Assembly: GCA_019116885.1 (NCBI GenBank)
Contig: DXAU01000070.1
Coordinates: 2,245 to 66,244, forward strand
Source of the DNA: Candidatus Mediterraneibacter pullistercoris
Lineage (GTDB): Bacteria; Bacillota; Clostridia; Lachnospirales; Lachnospiraceae
Direction: 5' to 3'
Length of the DNA stretch: 64,000 nt
The notes beneath the pieces are model-generated. The model saw only the letters and a list, made by a program, of their open reading frames with translations. It was not told the DNA's origin and did no database searches. Below are positions 18,674 to 28,829 of this stretch, in pieces (positions within the stretch are counted from its first letter, which is position 1; every line of letters starts with the position of its first letter). A program made the translations under genes and the position numbers.

Positions 18674-20230
18674 ATGAAAGACGGAGTTATAAACGAAAAT
18701 ACCGGAAAAGTATGGCTTGCAGGAGCGGGACCAGGTGACGCCGGGCTCCTGACAGTCAGGGCGGCAGAACTGATCGAAAGCGCTGATATCATCGTTTACG
18801 ATGCGCTGATCAGCGCGGAGCTGCTGAGCCGCATCCCCCGTGACACAGAGACTGTATATGTGGGAAAACATGCCGGGAATCATCCGGTGCCACAGGCGGA
18901 GATCAGCAGGATACTTGTGCGTGAAGCGAAAAAAGGAAAGAAAGTACTCCGGTTAAAAGGCGGAGATCCCTTTGTCTTTGGAAGAGGCGGCGAAGAACTG
19001 GAGCTGCTTGTCAGAGAACATATCCCTTATGAGGTGGTTCCGGGCGTCACTTCCTCTGTGGCAGTCCCGGCTTACGCGGGAATACCGGTGACACACAGAG
19101 ATTACACTTCATCCTTTCACGTAATTACCGGGCATGCGAGAGCGGATGGAACGCTCAGTATTGACTTTGACTCGCTCGTACGTCTGAACGGTACCCTTGT
19201 ATTCCTGATGGGTGTATCTTCAATGGAAATGATTATGGACGGCCTGACAGAGGCAGGGATGGACCCGGATATGCCTGCGGCAGTGCTGGAGAGAGGGACG
19301 ACGGCAGGACAGAGACGGGTCATCGCTACGGTGGGGACACTAAAAGAAGAGGCGGACCGGGCGGAGATATGCACACCGGCCATCATCCTTGTGGGAAAGG
19401 TGTGCGCACTGGCAGAGGAACTCCACTGGGCGGAGGACAGGCCCCTGGGCGGTCGCCAGTTCCTTCTTACGCGTCCCAGGCAGAATATGTCGTCTCTTGC
19501 AAAACGGCTCAGAGACGCGGGGGCGCAGGTGATTGAGATGCCGGCCATCCACACAGAGCCTGTCTCACCGAATGAACCGCTTAAGAGCGCGCTTATCCGG
19601 TTCGGACAGCATGAGGAGGACAGATGGCTTGTCTTCACCAGTCCGATTGGAGTAAATGTCTTTTTTGGATTTTTAAAAGAGATGAAAATGGATCTGAGAT
19701 CTGTTTTCTGTGGGAAAGGAACCGTACGGATAGGCGCTATCGGCTCAGCGACTGCGGATGCACTCTGTGGTTACGGACTCATCCCCGATGCAGTGCCAAA
19801 GACTTACAGCGCCGGAGCGCTTGGCAGAGAGATCGGTAAAATGTCGCAGCCGGGCGAATATGTGCTCATCGTCCGTGCAGAGAACGGATCGGAAGATCTG
19901 ATACCGCCGCTTACAGACCGGGGGCTTGCTGTAGATGATATCCCCTTGTACCATACGGTATATGAAGTGAATCCCATGTTAAAAGAAGAAGCTGGGCGTA
20001 TGTTTCAAAGGAGAGAAATCGATGCAGTGACATTTACCAGTGCGTCCACAGTGCACGGATTTGTCCGGGCCATGGGGGAGATGGATTACAGCGGGATATG
20101 TGCGGTGTGCATTGGAGAACAGACAGCGCGTGCGGCGGCTGAGTACGGGATGCGCACCGAGACTGCAGAGCAGGCGTCTATGGACGCCATGGTGCGGAAG
20201 ATCACAGATTTATTTGGAAAAAGCAGATAA
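18674..20230 (+). CDS. cobA: uroporphyrinogen-III C-methyltransferase / uroporphyrinogen-III synthase fusion
   Basis: N-terminal VWLAGAGPGD...GGDPFVFGRGGEE (SUMT) followed by a HemD-like C-terminal half. Confidence 0.9.
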   Translation: MKDGVINENTGKVWLAGAGPGDAGLLTVRAAELIESADIIVYDALISAELLSRIPRDTETVYVGKHAGNHPVPQAEISRILVREAKKGKKVLRLKGGDPFVFGRGGEELELLVREHIPYEVVPGVTSSVAVPAYAGIPVTHRDYTSSFHVITGHARADGTLSIDFDSLVRLNGTLVFLMGVSSMEMIMDGLTEAGMDPDMPAAVLERGTTAGQRRVIATVGTLKEEADRAEICTPAIILVGKVCALAEELHWAEDRPLGGRQFLLTRPRQNMSSLAKRLRDAGAQVIEMPAIHTEPVSPNEPLKSALIRFGQHEEDRWLVFTSPIGVNVFFGFLKEMKMDLRSVFCGKGTVRIGAIGSATADALCGYGLIPDAVPKTYSAGALGREIGKMSQPGEYVLIVRAENGSEDLIPPLTDRGLAVDDIPLYHTVYEVNPMLKEEAGRMFQRREIDAVTFTSASTVHGFVRAMGEMDYSGICAVCIGEQTARAAAEYGMRTETAEQASMDAMVRKITDLFGKSR

Positions 20231-20257
20231 GATCATAAACAGCGGCGAGGCGTAAAT

Positions 20258-20989
20258 ATGAAAAACGAATATGACGACAAACATTTTTTTGACCAGTATG
20301 CGCAGATGACAAGAAGCAAAGACGGGCTGGCCGGAGCCGGGGAGTGGCATCAGTTTCAGAAGATGTTCCCGGCGCTTGAGGGCAGCAGGGTGCTGGATCT
20401 GGGATGCGGATATGGCTGGCACTGCAAATATGCGGAGGAGCAGGGGGCAGAAGAAATCCTCGGGATCGATGCGAGCAGGCGCATGATCGAAGAGGCAATG
20501 CGGCGCAATGCCGGCGAGAGGATCACCTATCAGACCGGAGATCTGGAATATTACGGTTATCCGGCAGAAACGTGGGACTGCGTGATCTCCAATCTGGCGC
20601 TTCATTATATAGAAGATATTGAGTCTGTATTCCAGTCAGTATACCGCACGCTGAAAGACGGCGGCACTTTTCTTTTTAACATCGAGCATCCTGTGTTTAC
20701 CGCAGGAGTCGGTCAGGAGTGGATCTGTGACGGGAAAGGAAAGCCAGTGCACTGGCCGGTGGACGACTATTTTTATCCGGGAAAGCGAAAGACGCATTTT
20801 CTTGGCTGCGATGTGCTCAAGTATCATCACACGCTCACACAAATTATGAACGGTCTGCTCTGCTGCGGCTTTGTGATCGAGATGGTGGAGGAGGCGGAGC
20901 CGCCTCAGGAAATGATGGATCTGCCGGGGATGAAAGACGAGATGCGCCGCCCCATGATGCTGATGATACGGGCAGGAAAAAGAGAATGA
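20258..20989 (+). CDS. class I SAM-dependent methyltransferase
   Basis: Motif I VLDLGCGYGW; 243 aa. Confidence 0.8.
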   Translation: MKNEYDDKHFFDQYAQMTRSKDGLAGAGEWHQFQKMFPALEGSRVLDLGCGYGWHCKYAEEQGAEEILGIDASRRMIEEAMRRNAGERITYQTGDLEYYGYPAETWDCVISNLALHYIEDIESVFQSVYRTLKDGGTFLFNIEHPVFTAGVGQEWICDGKGKPVHWPVDDYFYPGKRKTHFLGCDVLKYHHTLTQIMNGLLCCGFVIEMVEEAEPPQEMMDLPGMKDEMRRPMMLMIRAGKRE

Positions 20990-21019
20990 CAGACAATAAT
21001 ATGACAGGAGGACTGGAAA

Positions 21020-21409
21020 ATGCTGGAAGATCAGGACTATGTGATGCGGATTGTTCATGAATGGATCCGCACACTTATCAGACTCATTTTCAATAAAGAT
21101 ATAGACAAAGGTGATGATGCTGATGTACCGCTGGAAGTGATGGAGCAGTTCCGGAAACTCCGCGCTATGATCGACGATGGGGAGATCAATGAAGCGGAGA
21201 ACATTCTGCTTGAAGGACTCAGAGAAGGAGACAGGGCATATTTCGAGATGTCTCTGCTCTTTTATGAGAAACTGAGCGGAAAGACGGATGAATTTCTCGC
21301 AGGGCATGACTATTCCAGAGAAGAAGTAGTAGACGGCCTGAAATATGTTGTGAACTATTACGGATATACCAGCCTGCTGGAAGCATTTACGGAGGATATT
21401 GACTTGTAA
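21020..21409 (+). CDS. hypothetical cytosolic protein
   Basis: Intact 129-aa acidic helical ORF with an RBS; no motif recognised. Confidence 0.45.
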   Translation: MLEDQDYVMRIVHEWIRTLIRLIFNKDIDKGDDADVPLEVMEQFRKLRAMIDDGEINEAENILLEGLREGDRAYFEMSLLFYEKLSGKTDEFLAGHDYSREEVVDGLKYVVNYYGYTSLLEAFTEDIDL

Positions 21410-21473
21410 GTCTGTAAAGACTTGCCGGAAGATCAGAAAAGAAGCTGTCAGACAGCAGAAAAGAGGAAGAAAG

Positions 21474-22043
21474 ATGGGATTTATTCAGAGAGATACGCTT
21501 CTGTTTCTCGGACTGTATATCGTATTTGCCCTGATGCTGGTGCGTAAGAAACAATCAGCCCCGGTGCGCTGGGGCAGGTTTGCAGCAGGTATCGTTATGC
21601 CGGCGCTGGCTGATTTTGTACTGGATGCAGGAGTGCTTTTTTTGGCCGGATCAGAGGCTGTTTCACGAGAAAATGAATGGATAGCCGCGGCATGTCCAAT
21701 CGCGGCATGGATCATTATGTGTGCTGTTCATCTGGCTGCCTGCATGCTGCTTGCCCGCGCGTGCAGCGAAGATATGAAGAAAGTGCCTCTGTCCGTCAGG
21801 ATAGGAGCTGTTCTCTTTGCTGCGGCAGGGGTTCTGTTTTGCATTTATGAGCAATGGTATGTACAGACGGTGATCTCACAGATGCAGGAGAGTCTGGAGA
21901 ATGGAACGTTCTCATACCAGGATCCGATGCTGAACACCCCGTTTGTTATGATTAGTAATATGGAGCTGATACTGAAAGGTATTTTTGTAGTATGGCTCAT
22001 GGCAGGCGTGATGCGCGCGCAGAGAAAGCAGAGGCTTTTTTAG
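21474..22043 (+). CDS. hypothetical membrane protein
   Basis: AAGAGGAAG RBS; about 6 hydrophobic helices. Confidence 0.5.
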   Translation: MGFIQRDTLLFLGLYIVFALMLVRKKQSAPVRWGRFAAGIVMPALADFVLDAGVLFLAGSEAVSRENEWIAAACPIAAWIIMCAVHLAACMLLARACSEDMKKVPLSVRIGAVLFAAAGVLFCIYEQWYVQTVISQMQESLENGTFSYQDPMLNTPFVMISNMELILKGIFVVWLMAGVMRAQRKQRLF

Positions 22044-22210
22044 TTTTATAGATATGGGGTGAAGTTTTGCCGTTTTTTTTGCGGCATCCCCGATAAATAT
22101 ATATGTCTTTGTTCTTTTTCTCACATTCATTTACAGCAAGATGCTTTTTGAGCGGGAATCTGATATAATAATCATTATCAAAAGTTAAAAGATAAACGGA
22201 GAATGTTTTC

Positions 22211-23341
22211 ATGAGCAACACATGTACCACAACTACAGTATTACGGATAAATAATGAGAAAAGCGTTTTGAAATATATATACGACCACAAACACGCAACA
22301 TCTCTCACTCTCCAGAACCAGCTCTCGCTCAGCAGACCTACGGTAGCTCAAATATTAAGAGAGCTGTCGCAGAACAGTTTCATTTATATAAAAGGGCTGG
22401 CAGATTCTACCGGGGGGCGGAAAGCTAATTTATATGAATTCAACGCAGCAGTCAAGGTGTCTGTCGGCGTGGAAATACTGATCGATCAGTTTGAATTAAT
22501 GGCGATCGATCTGTATGGGGATATGCTTAAATACGAGAAACATTCGGTTCCATTTTCAAATACTTCAGAATATTATAATGAAATATGCCGCATGATCAAC
22601 ATGTTTATCTCCAGTCTGGAATACCCGCCGGAGCAGATCCTGGGTGTCGGGATCGCGCTTCAGGCACTCATATCGGCAGACGGAAGAGAGATCATTTATG
22701 GAAAGATCCTTGATTGTGCTGGGCTTACAATAGAAGAATTCAGCAGCAGGATCCCTTATCACTGTTCTTTTTGTCACGACGCAGAAGCTATGGCAAATGT
22801 AGAATTATGGTTCGATCCGTTTCTTCAAAACGCGATCTATCTGAATATCCGTTCAGACGTCAGCGGCTCCATTATTATCAACCGCAGCTTTTTTCAAGAT
22901 GGAGCATATAAAAGCGGTATATTTGAACATACGATCATGGTGCCGGATGGACAGCCTTGCTATTGCGGAAAGAAAGGCTGCGTAAACGCCTACTGTTCTA
23001 TCTCTTCTCTGTTGAGGCCGCAGGAAGATATCAAGACTTTCTTTTTTAAACTGCGAAAGGGCACAGCCTCTTATGAAAGAAGGTGGAACAAATATCTGAA
23101 TTACCTTGCTATGGCAATTGACAATTTCCATATGATAATCAACAGTAACGTGATACTCGCAGGTACTTTGGCAAAATATCTGGCGGATGATGATATCGAA
23201 CTTCTGCATCTGCTCATTCAGAATAAGTCAGCTTTCCCTACCGCCGAAAAATATATAAGCATCAGTAATTATTCTAATCTCCCGGCCTGTATGGGCGCTG
23301 CACTTCCACTCGTCCAGGACTACCTTGATTCGATCATGTAA
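22211..23341 (+). CDS. ROK family transcriptional regulator
   Basis: N-terminal winged HTH (LSLSRPTVAQILRELS) plus the ROK zinc motif CYCGKKGCVNAYCS. Confidence 0.85.
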   Translation: MSNTCTTTTVLRINNEKSVLKYIYDHKHATSLTLQNQLSLSRPTVAQILRELSQNSFIYIKGLADSTGGRKANLYEFNAAVKVSVGVEILIDQFELMAIDLYGDMLKYEKHSVPFSNTSEYYNEICRMINMFISSLEYPPEQILGVGIALQALISADGREIIYGKILDCAGLTIEEFSSRIPYHCSFCHDAEAMANVELWFDPFLQNAIYLNIRSDVSGSIIINRSFFQDGAYKSGIFEHTIMVPDGQPCYCGKKGCVNAYCSISSLLRPQEDIKTFFFKLRKGTASYERRWNKYLNYLAMAIDNFHMIINSNVILAGTLAKYLADDDIELLHLLIQNKSAFPTAEKYISISNYSNLPACMGAALPLVQDYLDSIM

Positions 23342-23346
23342 GAGAA

Positions 23347-23386
23347 AGAGCTTTGGAGTTCTCTTAAACCAGAACCCCAAAGCTCT
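23347..23386. terminator. bidirectional terminator hairpin between convergent genes
   Basis: agagctttgg ... ccaaagctct 10-bp stem with an inner gttct/agaac pairing; T-run follows on the + strand. Confidence 0.5.
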
Positions 23387-23390
23387 CTTT

Positions 23391-23645
23391 TCATTCAAAG
23401 ACAGTCTCAGCTATATTTTCAATTTGTTTGTGGAACTCTCCATTTTCGCTCACCACTAAAATCGGCCGGCGAAAATCCAGTGCATACATTCCGATATAAC
23501 TCTTTGCATCAATTATAACAGAGCTATCTTCGTTATGAAACGCCACGTCATCAGGGCATTTGTTCGCAAGGCGCTGGAGTTCCTGAAGCTCATTGATCGT
23601 TCGTATCATTTTCTTTGTTATCACTTCAACCAACCTCCGGATCAT
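23391..23645 (-). CDS. HPr-fold protein lacking the phospho-histidine
   Basis: VIIDAKSYIGMYALD aligns to the HPr VNLKSIMGVMSLG region; the position of His15 (GIHARPA) reads IRTINEL. Confidence 0.55.
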   Translation of the reverse strand: MIRRLVEVITKKMIRTINELQELQRLANKCPDDVAFHNEDSSVIIDAKSYIGMYALDFRRPILVVSENGEFHKQIENIAETVFE

Positions 23646-23687
23646 TTTTGACTGATACTGCTGAGTATTTGCAAAGCATATATCTTG

Positions 23688-24708
23688 TTATTTTACCATA
23701 GTCGCAAAGTCAAGCTCCGGATCTGCGTATTCGTCAACATTTTCCGCATCAATGACAACTGTTCCGGCATCGATGAATTCCTCTACATCTTCGCCATTAT
23801 GGATCTGGATCGCTACATCTACAGCTGTCTGACCGAGGAGAACCGGATCGTTGGAAGTTGTGATGGCGTATGTTCCCTCCTGGATCTGCAAAACAGCCTC
23901 CATAAGTCCGTCAACCCCACAGACCAGAACATCATCCATGCCCTGCTCACCGCACACCTGGGCTGCGCCTAGAGCCATATCGTCATTATGTCCGAAGATA
24001 GCTACGATATCGCTGTTTGCCTGCAGAAGATCCTGTGTAGCCGGAATAGCTTTCGAGCGGTCATAGTCACAGTAAGACGACTGAACGACTGTAAGTCCCG
24101 GGATCGGATCTACCGCTTCGTGGAAGCCGTCACGTCTATCCATCATCGTGGTGGAACCTGCAGTTCCTTGGATCTCAAGGATAGTCCCCGTAGCATCTTC
24201 ACCGCCCAGGAGCTCGACCAGGCGTTCGCCACAGAGACGGCCCATTTCCTTATTGTCTCTTCCGACAAATGCTACATTGCCGCTGTTTACATTTTTGTCT
24301 ACAGTGACAACCGGGATATCCGCATTATTGCAGGCGTTGATACCGGCGGTAAGTCCATCCTCATTCACCGGGTTCACGATCAGAATATCGATTCCCTGAG
24401 ATACGAGATCCTGGATATCCTGATTTTGTTTCGCGATATCATTATCTGCGTTCAAAGCTACCACCTCGACCCCCCAGGCTTTCTGCGTAGTCCTGAATAA
24501 TGGGAGTCATGTTTGCGAAAAACGGTGTGTCCTGTGAACAATTGGAGAATCCGATAGTCAGACTTTCAGAATTTCCGCCGCTTTCTTCCGCTGCGGACGA
24601 GTCGCCAGTGTTTGATGGATCCTCTGTTGTTACTGCGCCGCTGCATCCTACAGTTGCAGCCAGTGTTGCTGCGGTAATCGCCATTGCACCAAGTTTTTTC
24701 AGTTTCAT
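23688..24708 (-). pseudogene. sugar ABC transporter substrate-binding lipoprotein, frameshifted
   Basis: The 88-aa N-terminal ORF (lipobox LAATVGCSG, ...IGFSNCSQDTPFF..DYAESLG) and the 258-aa C-terminal ORF (VALNADNDIAKQNQDIQDLVSQGIDILIVNP...) are one RbsB-like protein. They are split at a G6 run (C6 on the + strand, 24470-24475); G5 restores AESLGVEVVALNADND. Confidence 0.8.
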
Positions 24709-24798
24709 AATTTTTCTCTCCTTTTCTTTTTTTCTACCGGCATCCGATAGTATGCTAAAAGCCGAGGCTTAGCATTCCAACTTCCTGTTATGTACTCT

Positions 24799-25773
24799 TT
24801 AGGCTGATTTTTTCTTGCTGTCCTGAGATACAAAATAGTTTAGCAATAAGGCGATAATGATAATAATTCCTTTTGCGATCCTCTGGTAATAAGACGGAAG
24901 ACCGACCAGGTTAAAAATATTTGTGATGATCCTCAGGAGAAATACGCCGCCAAAAGTGCCGGCTATGGAACCGATACCACCGCTCAGGCTAGCTCCTCCG
25001 ATGACGCTGGCCGCTATCGCATCCAGCTCATATCCGTCGCCGGCAGTGGGCTGTCCCGTAGACATCCACGATGCAGTCAGCACCCCGGCAAATCCAGCAA
25101 GTAGGCCGCTGAGCATGTAAGTTAATGCATAATTTCTCTTTGTTTTAATGTCGGAAAGCATAGCCGCTTCCCGGTTGCCGCCGATCGCGAATAGACTTCT
25201 TCCAAATACGCTGTATTTCAGGACAAGGAAGAAAATCACAGTAAGAAGTATCCAGAAAATACCGCTGATGGCCAGTTTTCCAAAAAGGAACCCTCCGCCC
25301 AGTATATGAAATGCGGGATCCAGGCCGAAGACAGGATTTCCGCTGGTAGTCAGAAGCGCCGCGCCCCTGGCAATCTCCATCATCGCCAGAGATGCGATAA
25401 AATCAGGCAGGCCAAGTCTGGATATCAGTACTCCAGTGATCAGCCTCATTGTGCCGCCGACGATGACCCCTGCAGCGCATCCAAAAAAAATGCCGCTCAG
25501 CGTTCCGCCCGTTTGTTCCACGATGATAGATGTGATCATTCCAGAAAAAGCCAGAACAGAACCAACAGACAAATCGATCCCTCCCAGCAGGATGACCACG
25601 GTCATTCCGATCGCAACAATGCCCGGAATGGACGCCTGTTGTAGTAGATTAAAAAAATTATCCACAGTTAAAAAGTTTGGGGATAAAATTGTAGAAATTA
25701 CAATAAAAATGATAAGCAAAATAACCAGATTGTATTTTTTGATAATTTCATTTGCACTTATTTCTTTTTTCAT
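24799..25773 (-). CDS. sugar ABC transporter permease (RbsC-like)
   Basis: 10-TM branched-chain/ribose-type permease; its start overlaps the ATPase stop. Confidence 0.88.
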   Translation of the reverse strand: MKKEISANEIIKKYNLVILLIIFIVISTILSPNFLTVDNFFNLLQQASIPGIVAIGMTVVILLGGIDLSVGSVLAFSGMITSIIVEQTGGTLSGIFFGCAAGVIVGGTMRLITGVLISRLGLPDFIASLAMMEIARGAALLTTSGNPVFGLDPAFHILGGGFLFGKLAISGIFWILLTVIFFLVLKYSVFGRSLFAIGGNREAAMLSDIKTKRNYALTYMLSGLLAGFAGVLTASWMSTGQPTAGDGYELDAIAASVIGGASLSGGIGSIAGTFGGVFLLRIITNIFNLVGLPSYYQRIAKGIIIIIALLLNYFVSQDSKKKSA

Positions 25774-27293
25774 TACAAAACCCTCCCAACAACAGATGCA
25801 TGTAATATCTGATCCGAATTAAAATTTGCTCTGTTTGTTTCCAATACCTGTCTGCCATCATACATAACATGGATGCTGTCGCTGACGCGGAGCAGTTCGA
25901 GCAGCTCTGAAGATACAAAGATAACGCTCTTTCCTGCCGTAGCCATATCCTGGATCAATTTGTAGATTTCTTCTTTAGCCATGACGTCGATCCCCTGCGT
26001 CGGTTCATCCAGAAGAAGAATGTCGCAGTCCTGCATCAGCCACTTTGCGAGGATCACTTTCTGCTGATTCCCACCGGATAGATTTCCCGTTTTTGTGTAG
26101 ATAGAAGGCGTTTTAACTTTCAGTTTCTCTATATAACTCTCGCATTCCCGGCTGACACCCGGATAATTAATCTTCCCTTTGCTTTTAAACTTTTTAAGCG
26201 CTACCATGGACATATTTTCCCAAACTGGGAGAAGCAGAACCAGCCCCTGTGTCTTTCTGCTTTCCGGAGCAAGCCCGATCCTGTGCCGTATGGCCTCGTG
26301 TGTACTGTGGAGCTTTACTTTTTTACCGTGCATTTTGATCTCGCCGCCGGTAACAGGCGCGATACCAAAAATAGACTGGAGTATCTCGGTTCTTCCGGCG
26401 CCGACAAGACCATATATCCCTAAGATCTCTCCTTTATGGAGCTTGAAACTGATGTCGGACACTTTATAGTTGCTCATATGATCTAATTCCAATACAACCT
26501 CTTCACTTTCAAAAGACTTATCATGCACTACTGCTTCCTGTTCCTCTATCCTCGATATCTCTATCCCGGTCATATACTCTACCAGTCTGTCTTCATCTAG
26601 TTCGCCGGTCTTTTTACAGACAACAAACTTTCCGTCCCGCAAAACCGTGATGCGGTCTCCGACAACAAATAATTCTTCAAGGTGATGGGAGATATAAATA
26701 ATTGTAACTCCTTTTTCTTTTAAGTCTTTGATCACCTTAACAAGAATTTCAAACTCAGACTGGGAAAGAGTCGAGGAAGGTTCGTCCATAACAATCAATT
26801 TGGCGTTACAGGCCAACGCTTTCATGATTTCTGTAAGTTGACGCTGACCGATATTCAGGTCGGATATCTTTGCTTTTGCATTTACTTTAATGTTCAGGCT
26901 GTCTGCCAGCTCCTGCGTCTGTTGATATACTTTTTTCCAGTCAATGCGCCCTCCGGATTTCTTTGGGTAATTGTTGATGTAGACATTTTCCCCTACCGTA
27001 AGCTCGCTGAACAGGGACAGTTCCTGATAAATAACGGATATTCCTTCTTCGCGTCTCTTCTGCGTTCCATGTAATGATAAAATTTTTCCATCGAAATAGA
27101 TCTCCCCGCCGTCTTCTGTGTACGCGCCAGACAGGATCTTCATTAAAGTTGATTTTCCTGCACCATTTGCCCCGATCAGACAATGAACTTCGCCGCGTTC
27201 CACCTTGAAGTCAACATCATCAAGGGCTTTTACGCCGGGAAAAACTTTTACGATCCGTCGCATTTCCAGAATATTCTCGTTTTCCTTGCTCAT
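25773..27293 (-). CDS. sugar ABC transporter ATP-binding protein (two NBDs, RbsA/MglA-like)
   Basis: GANGAGKST Walker A, LSGGNQQKV signature, duplicated NBD; 506 aa. Confidence 0.9.
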   Translation of the reverse strand: MSKENENILEMRRIVKVFPGVKALDDVDFKVERGEVHCLIGANGAGKSTLMKILSGAYTEDGGEIYFDGKILSLHGTQKRREEGISVIYQELSLFSELTVGENVYINNYPKKSGGRIDWKKVYQQTQELADSLNIKVNAKAKISDLNIGQRQLTEIMKALACNAKLIVMDEPSSTLSQSEFEILVKVIKDLKEKGVTIIYISHHLEELFVVGDRITVLRDGKFVVCKKTGELDEDRLVEYMTGIEISRIEEQEAVVHDKSFESEEVVLELDHMSNYKVSDISFKLHKGEILGIYGLVGAGRTEILQSIFGIAPVTGGEIKMHGKKVKLHSTHEAIRHRIGLAPESRKTQGLVLLLPVWENMSMVALKKFKSKGKINYPGVSRECESYIEKLKVKTPSIYTKTGNLSGGNQQKVILAKWLMQDCDILLLDEPTQGIDVMAKEEIYKLIQDMATAGKSVIFVSSELLELLRVSDSIHVMYDGRQVLETNRANFNSDQILHASVVGRVL

Positions 27294-27432
27294 CCATTTT
27301 AACCTCCTCCGCTTTTGAATTTAAATATGCAAATATTATTTACATAAGTATATGAGATGGCTGTATTATGTGTTAATTGTATATTTAGCACGAAAATCTG
27401 AGGCGAGATTTATGTATAATAAATAAAAGCAG

Positions 27433-27461
27433 TGCAATTGCGCATGTTCTGCACAATTGCA
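27433..27461. promoter_or_regulatory. candidate operator palindrome in the divergent intergenic region
   Basis: TGCAATTGCGCA, 5 nt, TGCACAATTGCA: 12-bp inverted arms with 1 mismatch. Confidence 0.35.
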
Positions 27462-27725
27462 AGCAACAGAAAAGAAAGTATTAGACATGGATACAACATT
27501 GCGAAAATGAGGTTCCGCATGTTAAAGGTATTGATTTTACTCAAATCTTTCTTATTATATGGGGACGCCTGTTTTCGTTAATCCCCCTGTTATTCGTTAT
27601 TTTAAACAAATATTTTCTGTATTTTTTGTGAGCATTTATTAATTGACACGCAACATCTACGAGTTGTACTCTTAGGTAAAGTAATATAACTTAAGTTAAC
27701 AAAAAACCGCAAGGAGATCAAAAGT

Positions 27726-28811
27726 ATGAGCAGATTACCAGAAAAAATGAAAGCAATCGTAGCCTACGAACCGGGAGATTACAGATTTGAGATGGTCGAA
27801 ACACCCAGGGCTGGTGAGGGAGAGATGATTCTGAAAGTGGAGGCTTGCGGCATATGCGCCGGGGATACCAAAGCTTTTGCAGGAGCTGCCAGTTTTTGGG
27901 GACTCGATGGACAGCCTAAATACATTAAGGCTCCTATGATTCCGGGACATGAGTTTGTAGGTACTGTTGTCGAAATTGGTCCCAATGTAAAGGGGAACTG
28001 GAAAGTAGGCGATCGTATTTGCCCGGAACAGATCGTCCCCTGCGGCGAATGTATGTTTTGCAAAACCGGACGCTACTGGATGTGCGAAAAGCATGACCTG
28101 TTTGGTTTCCAGAACAATGTCAACGGCGGGATGGCCGAATATGTAAAACTGACAAAAGAGGCTCTTCCCCATATGGTTCCTATCGACATGCCTGTTGAAA
28201 AAGCAGCCTTGATCGAGCCATACGCCTGCTCGTTCCATTGTGTTGAACGCGCTCAGATAACAACGACAGATGTTGTTGTGCTATCCGGTGTAGGTACTCT
28301 GGGACTTGGAATGGTAGGAGCGATCCGCCAGTCGAACCCTAAATGTCTCGTTGTATTGGATATGAATGACGCCCGTTTGGAAAAAGCAAAGAAGTTCGGA
28401 GCGGATATTGTCATGAATCCCGGAAAAGAAGATGCCGTTGCTAAGATCAAAGAGATGACAGGCGGATACGGATGTGATATTTACATTGAAGCCAGCGGGC
28501 ATCCCGCCAGTGTTCAACAGGGGCTGGATTGTATCAGAAAAATGGGGCGTTTTGTAGAGTTTTCTGTATTTGGTTCTCCTGTGACAGTTGACTGGAGCAT
28601 TATTTCAGACCGTAAAGAGCTGGATCTTCTGGGGGTTCACCTGAGTCCTTACTGTTATGATACCGTGATTGAGTGGATCGGAAACGGTAAGCTCCCGACA
28701 GATGGCGTTGTATCAAACAAGTTCCCGCTTGAAAACTGGGAAGAGGCTTTTGAGATAGCCAAAACGGGAAAAGACGGTGCGCTGAAAGTCGTCTTAGTAC
28801 CAGGAATGTGA
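27726..28811 (+). CDS. Zn-dependent polyol/alcohol dehydrogenase (MDR family)
   Basis: GHEFVGTVVEIG catalytic-zinc motif, structural zinc CGECMFCKTGRYWMC, GVGTLG Rossmann motif. Confidence 0.85.
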   Translation: MSRLPEKMKAIVAYEPGDYRFEMVETPRAGEGEMILKVEACGICAGDTKAFAGAASFWGLDGQPKYIKAPMIPGHEFVGTVVEIGPNVKGNWKVGDRICPEQIVPCGECMFCKTGRYWMCEKHDLFGFQNNVNGGMAEYVKLTKEALPHMVPIDMPVEKAALIEPYACSFHCVERAQITTTDVVVLSGVGTLGLGMVGAIRQSNPKCLVVLDMNDARLEKAKKFGADIVMNPGKEDAVAKIKEMTGGYGCDIYIEASGHPASVQQGLDCIRKMGRFVEFSVFGSPVTVDWSIISDRKELDLLGVHLSPYCYDTVIEWIGNGKLPTDGVVSNKFPLENWEEAFEIAKTGKDGALKVVLVPGM

Positions 28812-28829
28812 GAAAGAGGAGGAGATATC

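Noticed and set aside
22056-22091. Possible terminator after the membrane protein gene (gggg..gccg-T8-cggc..cccc)
   Set aside because: The stems are only 4 bp each and the T-run sits in the loop rather than after the stem, so it is not a convincing intrinsic terminator.
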